The notes below the pieces were generated by a model. That model saw nothing but the letters and a program-made list of their open reading frames with translations. It was not told the origin of the DNA and did no database searches. A program made the position numbers and the translations under genes. From Geosiphon pyriformis uo1 (lineage: Eukaryota > Fungi > Glomeromycota), in the NCBI GenBank assembly GCA_016748015.1, contig JAAOMT010000591.1, forward strand, positions 915,050 through 979,049: 64,000 nt of DNA, given 5' to 3'. Each line of letters starts with the position of its first letter. Position 1 is the first letter of the stretch. Shown here piece by piece: positions 1 to 12,196 of this stretch.

Positions 1-3000
1 TCACAAATTGGAGCTTTTGGTTTCCAAAATTGTTAAGGCCTCACATGAGGAGTGTGTTGTAAATTTTGAGTCTCTTATGGGATGTTGGATTTCTTTGGAC
101 AATGTTAGGGCTTCGGTTGTGCAGAGTTTGGTAGATTTTGGTGCTGGTGCTAATAATGTTTGTTCTGCTCTCTTTGGTACTAGGAGATTTTATTGCGCAT
201 CCAAGCTCGCTAAGTCTTTGAGGGCTAAAAAAGCAAACATCAGATCTGCTATAGATAAGAGAATGAAAAATTTTGAGATGGATAAAGGTCACATGATTAG
301 AAACATGCTGGAATGACCCTTTCGCAAGGTGGTTTTGGATCATTTGGTCATGGATGACGAGTTAATTTTTGAGCCTGATTTGGTAAAATCTAAAGTTAAC
401 AATATTATGGAAAGATGGACCAGGAAGCAGTTAATGGTTGATGATGTCTCTGATGCTTGGTCTTATCAGTACCGACTTTTGGACTACGTTTTTGATGAGA
501 CTTTCTCTGGGATAATGTGTGCAATTAATTTTGATGAGTTGCATCATGTGGTCTCTAATCTGCCTGATGGCAAAGCCACTGGTCTTTCAGGTATCTCTAA
601 TGAACTATGGAAACATTGTGATGAGTCAGTTTTGGGTTTGCTTCTGGTCCTGTTGAATTCTTGTCTATTTTGTAAATCAATACCTGGTCCTTGGTGGGAG
701 GCTTGGGTTTCAATGATTTCCAAGCCCTATGAGTGGAAGGGTGTTTTCACGAATACTCATCCTATTGCTTTGATCGAAACTGCCCACAAAATTCTCTCCA
801 AGATTCTTTCAGACAGGATCTCACTGGCTTGCAGCTCTTATGATGTCCTACATAATGACAATTTTTCAGTTTTAAAGGGTATAGCAACTCAGTCACCTAT
901 TTTGCTATTGGTTCAGTTGTTGAAGACACTCTGGAGAAAAACCGGGAGCTCTGGTTGGTTTTATAGGACATACAAAAAGCTTATGATTCGGTTGGCTGGG
1001 AACACCTTGAAAAGAGTTTGGTCAGGATTAAGATGTGCAGCAAATTTATTCAGTTTTTTGGCAGTATTCATAAGAATTGCACCAACTGTGTAATAACAGA
1101 TTTCAGTTTGATGGATGGCTATCATGTGCATGATGGTCTGGATCAAGGAGAGGTTTTTTCCCCACTTTTGTGGCATATATTTTACAACTCTCTATTGTGT
1201 AAAGTTAAGCATCAAAGAAGTGTGTATGGATATAAGTTGATTTCTCATTTTGTGTCCAAAAGTAGTCGTATCGAATCTCAGACTGGGCTATCTTCTTTTT
1301 TTGCTGCTGGTGCTTTTGTCGATGATACAATCTGAGTTGGTAGCAGTCAAAATGCTACTCAACATATTCTCAATGTAGCTGGTGAATTTTTTCATATTAA
1401 TGACATTTCAATCAATAATGACAAGACAGTGGCAATTCCCATCAATAGTAGGGTCAGCAATCTTTTTCTCTCCATTAGTGGCTTGCCGATTTCCATTACC
1501 AAAAGGGATGAATCTCATCAGTAATTGGGTATTTTTCTCTTGACTGAGAGTCTTTCGAAGCCTAGTTTGGCTAAGACAAATTCAGATGTTTGTTTTTTTA
1601 CTAATTTGGTCTTGAGAAAGGCGGTTTTAGATAAGCAATTTTTGTATCTGGTGTCAGCGGTTCTTCATCCTATAATCAGCTATAGAACACAGTTCAGCTT
1701 GGTTTCTGTTGGCATGTGCAACAAATGGGATGCTCTGGTTCACAAATGTTTGAAACTTAAATCTGGTCTCCTGCAGAATTTTTCTAGTGATACAATCCAC
1801 CATCCTTCTTTTTATAGTTTAAAGTCCTTTTCATAGTGTCAGTTAGAAAGTAAGATTGCTTTACTTATCAGTTTCGCAAACTTTATCAGGATTTTGGGGC
1901 ATATGTTCAGTTACAGGTCTCATGACTTGCAAGTTTTGTGCTGGCAGCTTATCTATCTCTTGATCTTTCCTACTCGCATTTGTGTTAGTGTTTCTAATAA
2001 TTTCTTGGCTGATGTGGTTTCTATTCTTCTTGACTGCAAACTGTTTTTGGGTGGTTCTTTGGCCAGTGTTTTCCAGTTTCATGGTGGGGTTCCTATGTCT
2101 GTTGTTCTTGGCGAGTTTTTGTTTTTCAAGTTTTTGCCATCCCTTCGGCGTTATGGTGTTGTCTTCGTGGACCAACTTCAGGATCGCCATAGTAATGTCT
2201 TTAGCTGGCTCACTTTTAAGCGATGGAAGAGGCTGGATCCTCATGGTCCAGTCTCTGAGTGGTTCGAACGTTCAATCAAGTTTCTTGTGGTCTCCCATTC
2301 TTCCCCCTCAGTTTTGGTTGGTGTTGGTCCTGTTAACATTTGTGGTTTTGATGATTTTGTGTCTGTATGTGATTGTCTCTCTTGGGTTAATGCTGATAGT
2401 TTGACTGTGTATACAGATGGGTCATTAAAAAATTTGGGCACAACTGGTTGTAAAGCTGGGACTGCTGTCTTTTTTGAGGACATTAACTTGGGTTTGGGTA
2501 TTAGTGTTTGGGGTTTGGTATTATCTACTTTGGCAGAATTGCAGGCTATAGTATTGGCTCTGAAGTGTGTACCTGTGGCTTGCTCTGTTTGTTTGTTTTC
2601 AGACAGTCAGGCAGCCTTGGATGCTTGCATGTCAGAGGTTGACTTGGTGTATTCTAACTTTCACAATTGGTGCTGGGTCGAGTGCTGGCATATTAAGAAT
2701 GTTATTTGCAGTAAAAATTTAAGAATTAGCTGGCACAAGGTTAAGAATCACTCTGGTGTATTGGGAAATGATCGAGCTGACAGCATCACTAATGCTGCGA
2801 CTTTCTATAATTGGTCTCTCTCTTCTCGTATTGATGAACAGTTTTTGTTGGTGGATAATAATATTGTGTCTGGTAATTCTAGACACTTTGTTTGAGATGT
2901 TTTTTATGCTGTTTGTCAGGCGCATTGGGAGGTTGGCTCCAGTTTTGAGTTTCTATCTAGAGTTTTGCACTTGGATGTTAATTGGCCTAGCTCTTTCAGG

Positions 3001-3831
3001 GTTTGGCATCCTGATTCACATATGACGACAGGTTTCACCAGCAAGTGCACCACTGATGTTCGTACTTACTTAATGAAGGCTTTGTACTGTCAGCTTCCCA
3101 TGGCTGTTCGAAAGCGCGTTTATAATAGATGTTACCCAAGTGTTCTGTGTCTGTATTGTGGTGAGGTAGAAGTATCTGATCATGTGTTTTCTTGTGTAAT
3201 TGATGATTCAGTTCGTCATTGGGTTTTGGAATCCTGTGTGTCTTCTTGGAAAGCAATTTCTGGTCTTTTCATCTCTTCTTCTAATGTATTACAGCTGCTG
3301 TTGACCTGTGTTTTAGATTTCTTGGTGTCTTCAGCTCTTTACAAGAGTTTTGTTTTCAGAGGATGGTTTCGGGAGGCTGTTTCTGTCTTCCATGATCCCA
3401 AGGTCACTGGTGTCAAGATTACTGATTTTGTATGCTCCTTTTGTGTTGCTTTTAGGGATAACATTTGGTTGGTCCATGCCAAGCATCATGCATACATAGA
3501 AAAGAATGGCCTGATCCCAGTGGATGATTTGGTTCCTGTCTTGGTTTCTGGTTTGGTTTCGAGGTTTTCAGGTGGTGTGGTTAAATTGCTTGGTATTGCT
3601 GAAGCTTTTGGCATCTGTTTTGGTTTTCACAAATCTTGTTTATTTTTCTTAGGTATTGATGACTCGGTGTTTGTTAATATAGATGTGTAGTGTTGTCCTG
3701 ACTGGCTTGAGTGGCTGGTCACATGTAGAAAGTGCATGATTTGCACTTAGTTTAGATTATTTCTTTGATGTATAGTTCTAAGTTGCATTTGGACTTCACT
3801 CGTTAAATAATAATAATAATAATAATAATAA
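1..3831 (+). mobile_element. Degenerate non-LTR retrotransposon (LINE), ORF2 3' part: RT - RNase H - CCHC zinc knuckle, 3' UTR and (TAA)n tail; 5' end outside window
   Basis: Broken ORFs give LINE RT motifs: KATGLSGISNE, HPIALIETAHKILSKIL, GLDQGEVFSPLLW and FVDD at ~1318-1329. Also RNase H (VYTDGS..AELQAI..SDSQAA..KVKNHSGVLGNDRAD) and CLYCGEVEVSDHVFSC. Stop at 3690, (TAA)n at ~3805-3831; many stops and frameshifts. Confidence 0.93.
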
Positions 3832-4319
3832 ATTTGTTTATTTAGTCAATATATTAACATATTGTATTTATTTTCAAAAACATTAAAATAACTTTTAACT
3901 TTTAACTAAATAATAAAAATAATATTATTTTTTATAATATTTATAATATATTGTTATTTAATTTAAAATAATTGTAAAAATTCAGTAATAATAAATCTAA
4001 TTTAATTATATAAGTATTTATAACTGCTTAATTATTTGAATATATAATTATATTTTTAAATAATAAAATATACTTTAATGTCAAAATAATAATTTAAAGT
4101 TCAACTAATATTAAAAAAACAAACCAAAAACCAAAATATCAATACCAAATTTTATATTAACAAAATATATTAATGTTTATTTGTAATTTTAAGTACTATA
4201 ATACTTTAAAAAATTATTTATATATATTTTAATCAAATTTAAATTCACATTTTTTAAACAGTTATAAACAATAGCAAATTTATTTGAAAAGTATATATTT
4301 CAAAAATAATATTATTATT

Positions 4320-6008
4320 TGTGGATCAGCTGTGAGACTGAAATGGGGCTGTTTTCGAATGGAAGATCTTCAAACAATGGAAGCGGTTGGACTCACGTGG
4401 TCCGGTTCCTGTTTGGTTTGAGTTGTCTGTTTGTTTTCTCGATGATATGTCTTCTCTTCCTGTCTGTTCTATGCTTTTGGCTGGTAACGCCTCTTCAGAT
4501 GTTCTTCAGTCTCATGAGTTTGGTATCATTGGTGCCAGTTTGTTCGATTCCGATGTTGGTTATCTTTCCATTTATACAGATGGATCTCTAAGTAATTTAG
4601 AAACAGTCGATATAAAAGCTAGAGCTGCTGTTTTCTTTGAGGACATTGGTATGAGTTTGGGTGTAGGGGTATCTGGTTTGATGTCTTCTACCTTAATGGA
4701 ACTGAAGGCCATTGCTCTGGCGCTCGAATGTGTCCCTTCTTTTTGCTTAATCGACTTGTTCTCGGACAGTCAGGCTGCTTTGGATGCTTGCAAGTTGGAG
4801 ATGGAATTGGTTTGCCTGGATTTTAAGAATCGGTGTTGGATTGAATGCCGTCATATTGTGAATATTATTCGTCATAAGAATTTAAAAGTTAATTGGTGTA
4901 AGGTCAAAGGACACTCAGGGGTTTCAGGCAATGAACGGGCTAATAAGTTGGCCAAAACTGCGGCTCTCTCTGGTTGGCATCTGCCCCATTCTGTCAACAA
5001 ATGCTATCTTAAAGGTGGTGGTACACCCATTTCTGGTAATTCTAGGCATTTTGTTTGGGATGTTTTTCGGTCTGTTCATTATGCGCATTGGGAAATCAGT
5101 TGTGGTACTGGGGTGGTGGCAGGTAGTCTGCATACAGATATTGATTGGTTTAAGTTGTCACTGGTTTGGCATCTGGATTCTCACATGGCTGCTGGCTTCA
5201 CTAGCAAGCGGACAGCTGGTTTCTAGACTTATTTTATGAAAGCATTGCATCATCGGCTCCCTGTCACCATGCGTAAGTGGCTTTATAATAAGCACTACCC
5301 TAGTGTGGTGTGTTTGTTCTACGGTGATGTTGAGATCTCAGACCATGCTTTTTCTTGTCCATTTGATGCCAATGGTCATGTTTGGTTGTTGAATGCTCAT
5401 ACAGCAGTTTGGGGTGTGTACTCCAGTCTGGCTTATTCTTCCTCAGGTGTCTCGCAGCTGTTGTCCACTTGTGTGTCTAATGTTTCAGTTGGTACTGCTC
5501 TGTGCAAGGGTTTTGTTTTCAAAGATTGGTTTCATGAGTCTGTTTTTGTCTTCAAGGATTTCAGGAAAGCAAGTCAGAACATTGTGGCCTTTGTGCATGA
5601 GTTCAGCTTGGCTTTTTGAAAAGACATTTGATTGGTTCGTGCCAAGTACCACGCATTCATGAAAAAAAATGGGCTTATTCCGTGCAATGGGTCTGCTTCT
5701 GTCCCAATTTCTGGGCTTTCTTTAAGGCTGTCATCTGGCATGACCCAGCTGCTGGGTATTGCTGAGGCGATTGGTGTTGGTTTTGGATTCTGTAAGTCTT
5801 GTTTGTTTTTTTCAGGCATAAGAGGTGAGGTCTTTGTTCATATAGGTGCTTAGTGTTGTCCTGATTGGCCCGAATGGCTGGTCACATGTAGATATTGCAT
5901 GATTCACACCTAGTTTAGATCATTTGTATGATGTATTGTACTAGGCAATGTTTGGACTTCGCTTGTTAAATATTTAAAAAAAAAAATAATAATAATAATA
6001 TTATTATT
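4320..6008 (+). mobile_element. Second, 5'-truncated copy of the same LINE family (RNase H + zinc knuckle + 3' UTR + A/(TAA)n tail)
   Basis: IYTDGS..ELKAIALALEC..SDSQAA..KVKGHSGVSGNERAN and CLFYGDVEISDHAFSC. 3' UTR (5854-5970) aligns with 3691-3805. Candidate 15-bp TSD AATAATATTATTATT at 4305-4319 and 5994-6008. Confidence 0.92.
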
Positions 6009-6749
6009 ATTAAAAACTATATTAAAGCCAACAAATTTTTTTATGTTAATAAAATTAATTACTAATATAAATTATCTAAAAACAAATTTTTTGAAATTCA
6101 ATTTTTTTTAATATTAAAAACATTTTTAATTAAAGCAAAATTTATTTTTATTTAACAGTCAATTAATAAAAACTGTATTAAATTTCTTTAATAAAGATAT
6201 TATATTATAAAAAACTAAAACACCAAATATATTAAATATAAAAATACTCTCAATAAAACAAAATATACTGAATAAATTATTTGTAAAAGAAATATGATAA
6301 TCTAAAAAAATTTTGATTTTTAAGATTATAATAGCTATTTAAATGCTTAGCTTAATACTTATAAGTTTAAAAAACATTAATTAAACAAATAACCAAAAAT
6401 AGTAACAATATTTAAAAAATTATTACAAAAGCTATTTTATTTTGTTTATAACTATTTAAAAAATTTTAATTTATACAAAAATAAGTAATATAAAACTGTT
6501 AAAACTAAATAAAAAAGACTGTTTATTATAATATTATATTAAAAAAAAATTTAATATCTGAATAATTTTGGTCAAACTAAACTTAAACAAATTTTTTATA
6601 AATAAAAAAAAACTTAAGTATCTGTAAGATTCATTTTTTTTGGCAACAAAAATAAATAAACCATTAATATATAAAAAAACCTTATAAATTTTCTAATTAA
6701 TAAAAATGATTACAATTTTGTTATTATTAATTGAAATATTATTAAATAG

Positions 6750-7641
6750 AACTCCCGTGAATAAGCAACCCCCTACATCATCAATTTTGGATCGATTTTT
6801 TAGGGGGGTTGCTTATTTACGAGACTTTTTGAATACTTAATGCCTATTGGTCCAATGGTTAAATTATTCACTGTGCATATATCTATTACGAATTTCAATC
6901 GCGTCGCTAATTTATTGACCATCTGGTTGAGCTATTTCGTTGGTATTTGAAGCTGATATTTCGATTATTATAAATGTGGTGAAATAGATACTTGTGTGAA
7001 ATGCAACAACACAAAAATAATACCTTTGGATGAGGCATGATTTCNNNNNNNNNNNNNNNNNNNNNNNNNNNNNNNNNNNNNNNNNNNNNNNNNNNNNNNN
7101 NNNNNNNNNNNNNNNNNNNNNNNNNNNNNNNNNNNNNNNNNNNNNNNNNNNNNNNNNNNNNNNNNNNNNNNNNNNNNNNNNNNNNNNNNNNNNNNNNNNN
7201 NNNNNNGAAACTCCCATTTATTTTGACATGGCAGGTTCTACTACAATCAATGTAAAAGGAGCCAAAACTATTCAAATTCGAACAACTGGTAATGACAAAA
7301 ATTGGTTTACTTGTGTCTTGGCTATAACAGCAGATGGCAGCAAACTCCCTCCTATGATAATTTTCAAAGGTGTACGAACTCCTCCTAATCTTCCCAAAGG
7401 CATTGTCGTATATATGCATGAAAAAGCTTGAATAGATGAATATTTGATGTGTGAATGGATAGATCAAATTTGGAACAAACGTCCTGGAATATCAACAGCA
7501 TCCAAACCTACCTCTTTACTTGTTATGGATTCATTTGAAGGGCACAAAACTGAATTAGTATGCCAAAAATGCAATGTTAATAATACTCATGTGGCAATTA
7601 TTCCTGGCAGTTTAATATCAATTATTCAATCTTTGGATGTA
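6750..7641 (+). mobile_element. Partial pogo/Tigger-like element copy, inverted relative to 7642-9222 (contains N gap)
   Basis: Starts with TIR core AACTCCCGTGAATAAGCAACCCC. Visible sequence is the reverse complement of ~8085-9217. Encodes ETPIYFDM..FTCVLAITADGSKLPPMIIFKG..LLVMDSFEGH. Confidence 0.85.
7045..7206. other. Assembly gap (N run)
   Basis: Run of n characters. Confidence 0.99.
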
Positions 7642-9222
7642 CTGTAAACTCCCGTGAATAAGCAATCCCTGTGAATAAGCAACCCTCCCTCTTTAAGTCT
7701 AAAAGTCTTAGAAAAGTTGAATAAACAACCCCTTTAGATATACCAAAATAATTTTTTATTTATTTATCTAATTCTAATTCTTCAGCAGAAATATTATCTT
7801 CATTTACTATTTCATTTAAATCATCAATTTAATTACTAATTTCTGTATCAGAACTATATAATAAATCATTCTCAGTTCCATCTAATGCATTAGAAATTCC
7901 ACATTTTTTAAATGATTTAATAATCATTTCTAAAGGAATATCTTTCCATACCTCTAAAATCCACTGGCAAATCAAATTATATTGTTTTTTAAATTTCCAC
8001 CTTTAGTCAATTGAAAATCTCCATGACTCATCCATAATCGCCATTTTTCTCTCAATCTGTCTTTAAATGGTTTGTTTATACATACATCCAAAGATTGAAT
8101 AATTGATATTAAACTGCCAGGAATAATTGCCACATGAGTATTATTAACATTGCATTTTTGGCATACTAATTCAGTTTTGTGCCCTTCAAATGAATCCATA
8201 ACAAGTAAAGAGGTAGGTTTGGATGCTGTTGATATTCCAGGACGTTTGTTCCAAATTTGATCTATCTATTCACACATCAAATATTCATCTATTCAAGCTT
8301 TTTCATGCATATATACGACAATGCCTTTGGGAAGATTAGGAGGAGTTCGTACACCTTTGAAAATTATCATAGGAGGGAGTTTGCTGCCATCTGCTGTTAT
8401 AGCCAAGACACAAGTAAACCAATTTTTGTCATTACCAGTTGTTCGAATTTGAATAGTTTTGGCTCCTTTTACATTGATTGTAGTAGAACCTGCCATGTCA
8501 AAATAAATGGGAGTTTCATCCATATTGACTATTTGAGAAAGATTGTACTGGTATGCTAGTCGAGATCAGATTATAAATCTTTGAAATTCGATGATTTTTT
8601 CATTCAAATCGTTGCCTAATGGCACTAAAGCAGTCGAAATTCTTCTTGATAATTCCGCTACAGTAATTTAATGGGAACAAGTGCCAAAAATTAGACGAAT
8701 ATATCAAATCACATGTTTAGAATACAAAGAGCTTACGTGATCACAAATGAGAAATCCTTTGGAATTAATATAGTATATTGATCAAATAGAGATTTGTTAA
8801 GATTCTGAGTCTCATAATAATAGTATCCAATTTCCAATTCGAAACTCGACTTGATAATTTTTGCTACAATGAACCCAAGTTTCTTAAGATCAACATTACA
8901 AGTGCTACAGTATATACTGCTCGAAATCATGCCTCATCCAAAGGTATTATTTTTGTGTTGTTGCATTTCACACAAGTATCTATTTCACCACATTTATAAT
9001 AATCGAAATATCAGCTTCAAATACCAACGAAATAGCTCAACCAGATGGTCAATAAATTAGCGACGCGATTGAAATTCGTAATAGATATATGCACAGTGAA
9101 TAATTTAACCATTGGACCAATAGGCATTAAGTATTCAAAAAGTCTCGTAAATAAGCAACCCCCCTAAAAAATCGATCCAAAATTGATGATGTAGGGGGTT
9201 GCTTATTCACGGGAGTTTATGG
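7642..9222 (-). mobile_element. pogo/Tigger-family (Tc1/mariner superfamily, DDE_1) DNA transposon, non-autonomous deletion derivative with TIRs and TA flanks
   Basis: Ends are TA|CTGTAAACTCCCGTGAATAAGC and GCTTATTCACGGGAGTTTATGG|TA. DDE_1 motifs NMDET, LLVMDSFEGH and QSLDVCINKPFK. In-frame TGA at a Trp position; N-terminal HTH not recognisable. Confidence 0.9.
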
Positions 9223-9814
9223 TATATACTTTTTTTATACATCTTTTACCACATTATATTTTTAGTGCTATTTTTTAACCAGTTAATTTAACAAAGTAAA
9301 AAAATAAAAATAAAAAATTAGTATTTTGTTAATAGCTATAATTAAGAGCTATTGGTAAATAATAAAGTTAAGTTTATGTTATTGGTATCTGTTATTAGTC
9401 TAGGTTAAAAAAGTTCAAAACTTTACTTGAAAAAATTTATTGGATATTCAGATTGTTTTAATATAAATAATTCAAAAGAATTTTATATACGATAATACGC
9501 ATAAAAAAATTAAAAATGAAAACTGGTAGTTTCACAGGTAAACACAGTTCTGAAGAAATAGTTACAAGCACGGATTTTAAAAAAAACTCCAAGAATGACG
9601 ACCTCTTTTCTTTAATTAATTTTTATTAGTAATTTTAATTTTCTAAGTATTTCAGATATTAAATATCATCCTTTTTTTAAACAATATAATAATACTACCT
9701 TTTATAAATTCTTATTTTGATTGCTATGTCAAAATTTGGAAGTTTTCACACGATCTTGTATCACTGTTTAACTAAAATAATGTGCTTTTAGTTATTTTCT
9801 CTTCTCTTCATGTT

Positions 9815-10979
9815 ATGGCTTCTTCTGTCCCTGATCCACCAAGCTTCTTCGTCCGTTACTCTGAAGAGAACCTCGCTCTTCTCGAACAGCTAAAAAAATA
9901 CAAAGGAACCAAGGAAGAGGCTCTCAATGCTTTCAAAGCAGCATTACCAACCGAGTTTGACATCTTTGATTTGGAACCACCTAAACCCATTCCTCAAGGG
10001 AATTACGAACTATTTGGGATTACTTGGCAGGTTCATAAAATTTGTATTTCATTGAAGAAATTCATAAAGAGTTCTCGTTGTGATGAAAAGTCCCCAAACA
10101 TTGACTTTAGGTCATTTCACAAAATGCCACTATCAAAGATACTCAGGAGGGACCCACGCAATTGTTTCCAGAAGGGGAATTTGGTATATTGATTATTTGA
10201 TTCACATTTTAAGTTCTCAAATTACATAATGTTAATTTCTTTTCATGATTTAAGATCGAGTTGACGAGCTACAGAGGCTCAAAGGCCTACTCCTTGAAAA
10301 ATTTTGTGACTTGCTTGGTTTTCTCGCTGCCGATCCATTTGACTCCAACGTAAGGTCATCCATATTGCTTCGAAATCAAGTTTAGATAGTTCATCAGCGT
10401 TGCTCACGAATAGGAAACCGAGAAGATATCCGAGGAATTAAAGAATATATTCATGAATATAAAACAATTGCTCAACGAATATCGTCCACACCTGGTAGAG
10501 TAGGAAATTATTTTTGTCGATTAATGGTTTGGAGTTGGGTCTCTTTTAATGATTCCTCTCTTTATAGTCACGTGAAATTTTAAAGTTGCTGATGGAACAG
10601 CAATTGAAAGAGAGAAAACAAGCTACAGCGGAAGCAAGAAGGTGAACTTAAAAAAAATTATTGACCGACTTGATTCGCATTTTTTTAATCCCTCTTTTCT
10701 CCTTTACTATAGACGATGTTTTCAACTAACTCAAATGTTAGAAGCGGTAAAATATAAATGGCAATTGATGGATGAGACCAAAATTCATATAGTATGTAGT
10801 TTTTGAATATTCGGGTCTTTGTTCAGGAAATTTTTTTTTTACTAAACTTTCTCTTACAGACAGATGACATCCCCGTTGGACAATTCCCAAATAAATTTCC
10901 ACAAAATTCCCCTTCTACCTCTTATAATTTAACTCCTGAAACGACAAATCAAATGCTTCAGATAATTGATTCAATATAA
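9815..10979 (+). CDS. MED7: Mediator subunit 7 (multi-exon)
   Basis: MASSVPDPPSFFVRYSEENL..LEPPKPIPQGNYELFGITWQ; later exons NIFMNIKQLLNEYRPHL and SREILKLLMEQQL match Med7. GT-AG introns. Confidence 0.82.
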
Positions 10980-11212
10980 AGAGATTTGATCATGCTAAGT
11001 TCATCGGATATTTCGTTCTTTGCAATTATAGAAATTTACTGCTTTGCTTTTCGGATTAATTTGAAATATATTGTATGTATATTCTTCAACCTGCAAATTA
11101 AATTTTAAGAAATTGTCAGAGGTGTGTAAACAGTTACTACTTAATTGATGAAAAAAAAATACTTGGAATTTTACTTGGTTGCCCTTTATGAAAAACTCGA
11201 GGCATCAGGTTT

Positions 11213-11646
11213 TCACTCTTTCTTTTTTCGAACCGTTTCTGTATCTTCCATAAACGCGCTGATGATGAAGGAAATCACAACCAAATTTGCGATTGCAGCA
11301 GAAGCTATGGCGGCTTTAGTTGTATTGTTATCACCTTTTGTCCAAAGATTAAAAAAAAAAAACTCATTTAGATTCCTGTTGAGCAGTAAAAAAGTATATT
11401 GCCAACCTTGAAAATAATAACTGGCAGATAGAAAGTAGGTTGCTATAGGCAGGGTAATCATCAGAGCTGTGTGTATATAAAGTTTAAATAAGACCGCTCT
11501 TAAATGAGAAAAAAGCTGGTTTGGGTAATAAATCAAGAGATAAGGATAAAGAGAAAGTCTTAATTTCGACCAACAAGTTTCACCAACCTAGGCACTTCGG
11601 CGCCTCCTCGAACCTGACCAACGCCGGTTGGAGAAGCGGCCGACAT
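11213..11646 (-). CDS. VMA21: V-ATPase assembly integral membrane protein Vma21 (multi-exon)
   Basis: AVLFKLYIHTALMITLPIATYF..AAIASAAIANLVVISFIISAFMED. Two TM helices and a C-terminal KKxx ER-retrieval signal (KKKE). Confidence 0.85.
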
Positions 11647-12196
11647 TTTAGGAAAATTTTGGTTTTCTGTTGGTACAGAACGAGAAATGTAGCATCAAAA
11701 TTTGAACCGATTTTCACTGTGACTAATTATCTTACTGCTAGGTGTGAGAACATAAAAGGTTTCAGTTATTTGATTCATCACAAAAGTTTGTCACTGCCAT
11801 ATGAAAACTTCAAGCGTGAAATTAATAAATTAATGATAGTCAATGTTTCATATTTTATTTTTGAAAAGTAAAAACTTTTTATATAACATGAATAATTTAT
11901 CAAGAAAAATTTCCAACATTTTCATTTAATTGCGACCTAACGATCAAATGAGCACCCGTTAATTAGTAGCTTTAAATGCACTTGCTCATCGGTAAAAGAG
12001 GGGATGAGTTAGTTTAAAAATTAGTAGCTTTGCAGAAACATAATCAAAACCCTCTGGATGACGTGAGAACGGCTATTCCGTATTTCAGGGGAAAGATCTC
12101 AAGGTATGCGATGAGAATGGGATCTCATTTTCGCTGTAAATGTTTGGATAGGAATATCTTATCTCAAGAGAATAAGAAAACTTATAGCTGTGGATC

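Noticed and set aside
1861-3256. Antisense and alternate-frame ORFs over the LINE
   Set aside because: No motifs; they are shadows of the decayed LINE ORF2.
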